The position numbers and the translations under genes are program-made. From Acidimicrobiales bacterium (lineage in GTDB: Bacteria; Actinomycetota; Acidimicrobiia; Acidimicrobiales; RAAP-2), in assembly GCA_025351385.1 (NCBI GenBank), contig JANXWA010000034.1:30406-94405 (forward strand): a DNA stretch of 64,000 bases, written 5' to 3'. This document shows positions 62,189 through 64,000 of this stretch, in pieces; the first letter of the stretch is position 1; each line of letters opens with the position of its first letter. The notes below the pieces were generated by a model. It did no database searches. It was not told the DNA's origin and was given only the letters and a program-made list of their open reading frames with translations.

Positions 62189-63616
62189 TCAGCGGCGGGC
62201 CCGCAGCTCGGCGACGACGGCCTTGCCGTTCGCCTGACCCTTCGTCACCTTCATCACCTGACCGATGAAGAACTGGGCCAATTTCTCGTCACCGTCGCGG
62301 TAGCGCGTCCACTCGTCGGGGAACTCTTCGATCAGTCCAGCGACCGTCGAGCCGAGTGAGTCCGACGACAGCTGCTCGTAGCCCATCAACGCGGCGATGT
62401 CCCGGGGGTCGCCGCCGCGGGCCAACAGCTCGGCGAGCACGGTCTTGGCCTGCGTCGCCGAAAGCTCGCCGCGCTGCTCCATCAAAAGCGTGTCGCAAAA
62501 CGCGGCGGCGGCGAGGCGCGACGTCCCGTCGAGATCGCCGGCCAGTTCGTTCGCGGCGCGCGCCAGCGCCAGTGCGGGCTCGACCCCCCGGTCGAGCGCC
62601 GCGTGCACGAAGGGGTCGAGTCCGAGGTCGATCACGACCTCGACGGCGTCGAGCACGGTCGGGACCGGTTCGCTGATACGGGCCCGCAACGTCGAGCGGC
62701 GCTCGGCCGGCATCGGGGGTAGCTGAGCGCGCACGCGGTCCTGCCAGGACTGGTCCGGGGCCAGGTCGACGAGGTCCGGCTCGCGGAAGTAGCGGTAGTC
62801 CTCGGCCTCCTCCTTCGTGCGCATCGTGGAGGTCGCGCCGACGTTTTCGTCCCAGTGACGAGTCTCTTGGCGCACGGTGCCACCCTCTTCAATCAGGTCG
62901 ACCTGGCGCGCCGCCTCGTAGTCGATCGCGCGCTGCAGGCTGCGCAGGGAGTTCAGGTTCTTGATCTCGCACCGGGTGCCGAAGGGCGCGTCAGCCTGGC
63001 GCACCGAGACGTTGGCGTCGATACGAAGCGACCCCTCCTCCATGCGACCGTCCGAAGCGCCCGTCGCGATCAGGATGCCGCGCAGCTCCACCACGTAGGC
63101 GCGGGCCTGGGCCGAGCTGCGGATGTCCGGTCCCGACACGATCTCGACGAGCGGGACGCCCGACCGGTTGTAGTCGACGAGCGAACGGTCGGCCCCGTGG
63201 ATGCGCCCGCTCCCCCCCAGATGGGTCGACTTGCCAGTGTCCTCTTCGAGGTGGGCCCGTTCGATCGAGACGCGTGAGCCGTCCGGCAGGTCGAGGTAGC
63301 CGCCCAAGTTGATCGGCAGGTCGTACTGGCTGATCTGGAAGTCCTTGGGCATGTCGGGGTAGAAGTAGTTCTTGCGGTGAAACGTCGAGGGCGCGATCGT
63401 GCTGTGCAACGCCATCCCGATGGCCATGGCCAGCTCGATCGCGCGCTCGTTCAACACCGGCAGTGAACCGGGCAGGCCGAGGCAGACCGGGCAGACACTG
63501 GTGTTGGGCTCGGAGCCGAATGAGTTGGCGCAACCGCAGAACATCTTGGTAGCGGTCTTCAGCTCGGTGTGCACCTCCAATCCGACGACCATCTCCCAGC
63601 CGTTGCGCAGCGTCAT
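62189..63616 (-). CDS. gatB: Asp-tRNA(Asn)/Glu-tRNA(Gln) amidotransferase subunit B
   Basis: WEMVVGLEVHTELKTATKMFCGC...CPVCLGLPGSLPVLN. Confidence 0.95.
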   Translation of the reverse strand: MTLRNGWEMVVGLEVHTELKTATKMFCGCANSFGSEPNTSVCPVCLGLPGSLPVLNERAIELAMAIGMALHSTIAPSTFHRKNYFYPDMPKDFQISQYDLPINLGGYLDLPDGSRVSIERAHLEEDTGKSTHLGGSGRIHGADRSLVDYNRSGVPLVEIVSGPDIRSSAQARAYVVELRGILIATGASDGRMEEGSLRIDANVSVRQADAPFGTRCEIKNLNSLRSLQRAIDYEAARQVDLIEEGGTVRQETRHWDENVGATSTMRTKEEAEDYRYFREPDLVDLAPDQSWQDRVRAQLPPMPAERRSTLRARISEPVPTVLDAVEVVIDLGLDPFVHAALDRGVEPALALARAANELAGDLDGTSRLAAAAFCDTLLMEQRGELSATQAKTVLAELLARGGDPRDIAALMGYEQLSSDSLGSTVAGLIEEFPDEWTRYRDGDEKLAQFFIGQVMKVTKGQANGKAVVAELRARR

Positions 63617-63999
63617 GGCCGACCGTCCGCGATCTCCAGGACTCGAGCGCCGGCGAGGAGCAGCGCCTCGCTGCGTCCGGGGCCGAGCAACTGCACGCCG
63701 ATCGGCAGGCCCGCCTCACCGGTGCCGAACGGCACCGAGATCGCGGCCTCGCCCGACAGGTTGGTGGGGATCGTGAAGACGTCCGAGAGGTACATCGCCA
63801 TCGGGTCGCTCGTCTTGGAGCCGAACTCGAATGCGACCGACGGCGTCGTCGCGCCGATCAGCATGTCGACCTGGCGGTAGGCGCGTGCGAACGCCTCGAT
63901 CATCCGCGTGCGGACCTTCAGGGCCTGGCCGTAGTAGGCGTCGAAGTAGCCCGCCGAGAGCGCGTAGGTGCCGAGCATGATGCGACGCTTCACCTCGGC
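63613..63999 (-). CDS. gatA: Glutamyl-tRNA(Gln) amidotransferase subunit A, C-terminal part (5' end outside the window)
   Basis: ...RRIMLGTYALSAGYFDAYYGQALKVR...DVFTIPTNLSGEAAISVP.G....LPIGVQLLG. Overlaps the gatB start by 4 nt. Confidence 0.85.
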   Translation of the reverse strand, partial: AEVKRRIMLGTYALSAGYFDAYYGQALKVRTRMIEAFARAYRQVDMLIGATTPSVAFEFGSKTSDPMAMYLSDVFTIPTNLSGEAAISVPFGTGEAGLPIGVQLLGPGRSEALLLAGARVLEIADGRP

Positions 64000-64000
64000 G

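Overview
High-GC (Actinomycetota-like) chromosomal segment, densely coding and mostly core metabolism. I saw no rRNA, tRNA, CRISPR array or transposase. Branched-chain amino-acid genes dominate: ilvE-leuB, greA-leuCD, leuA, ilvD and ilvBNC. Also present are serA/aspC/serC, gatAB, a partial sufB, lgt, mutY and ptrB. Other modules: (1) a MaoC hydratase / extended acyl-CoA dehydrogenase / malyl-CoA-lyase-type trio, interrupted by a Ni/Co permease; (2) an S1P-lyase-like PLP enzyme translationally coupled to an FGGY kinase, followed by a bona fide-looking ACC deaminase; (3) a kdpFABC locus flanked by three KdpD-derived proteins. Best-supported regulatory finds are two leader-peptide transcription attenuators: Leu codons upstream of leuA, and Ile/Leu/Val codons upstream of ilvB. 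Most unusual: the full-length KdpD lacks its phospho-acceptor His while a separate N-terminally truncated kinase sits next to KdpE; an extra micro-ORF precedes kdpF; a 431-nt ORF-free, helix-rich intergenic region lies next to a protein with a MazF/PemK-like C-terminus; and a 7-TM double PQ-loop membrane protein. No obvious defence or mobile island. All functional calls rest on motif and sequence recognition by eye, not on searches.
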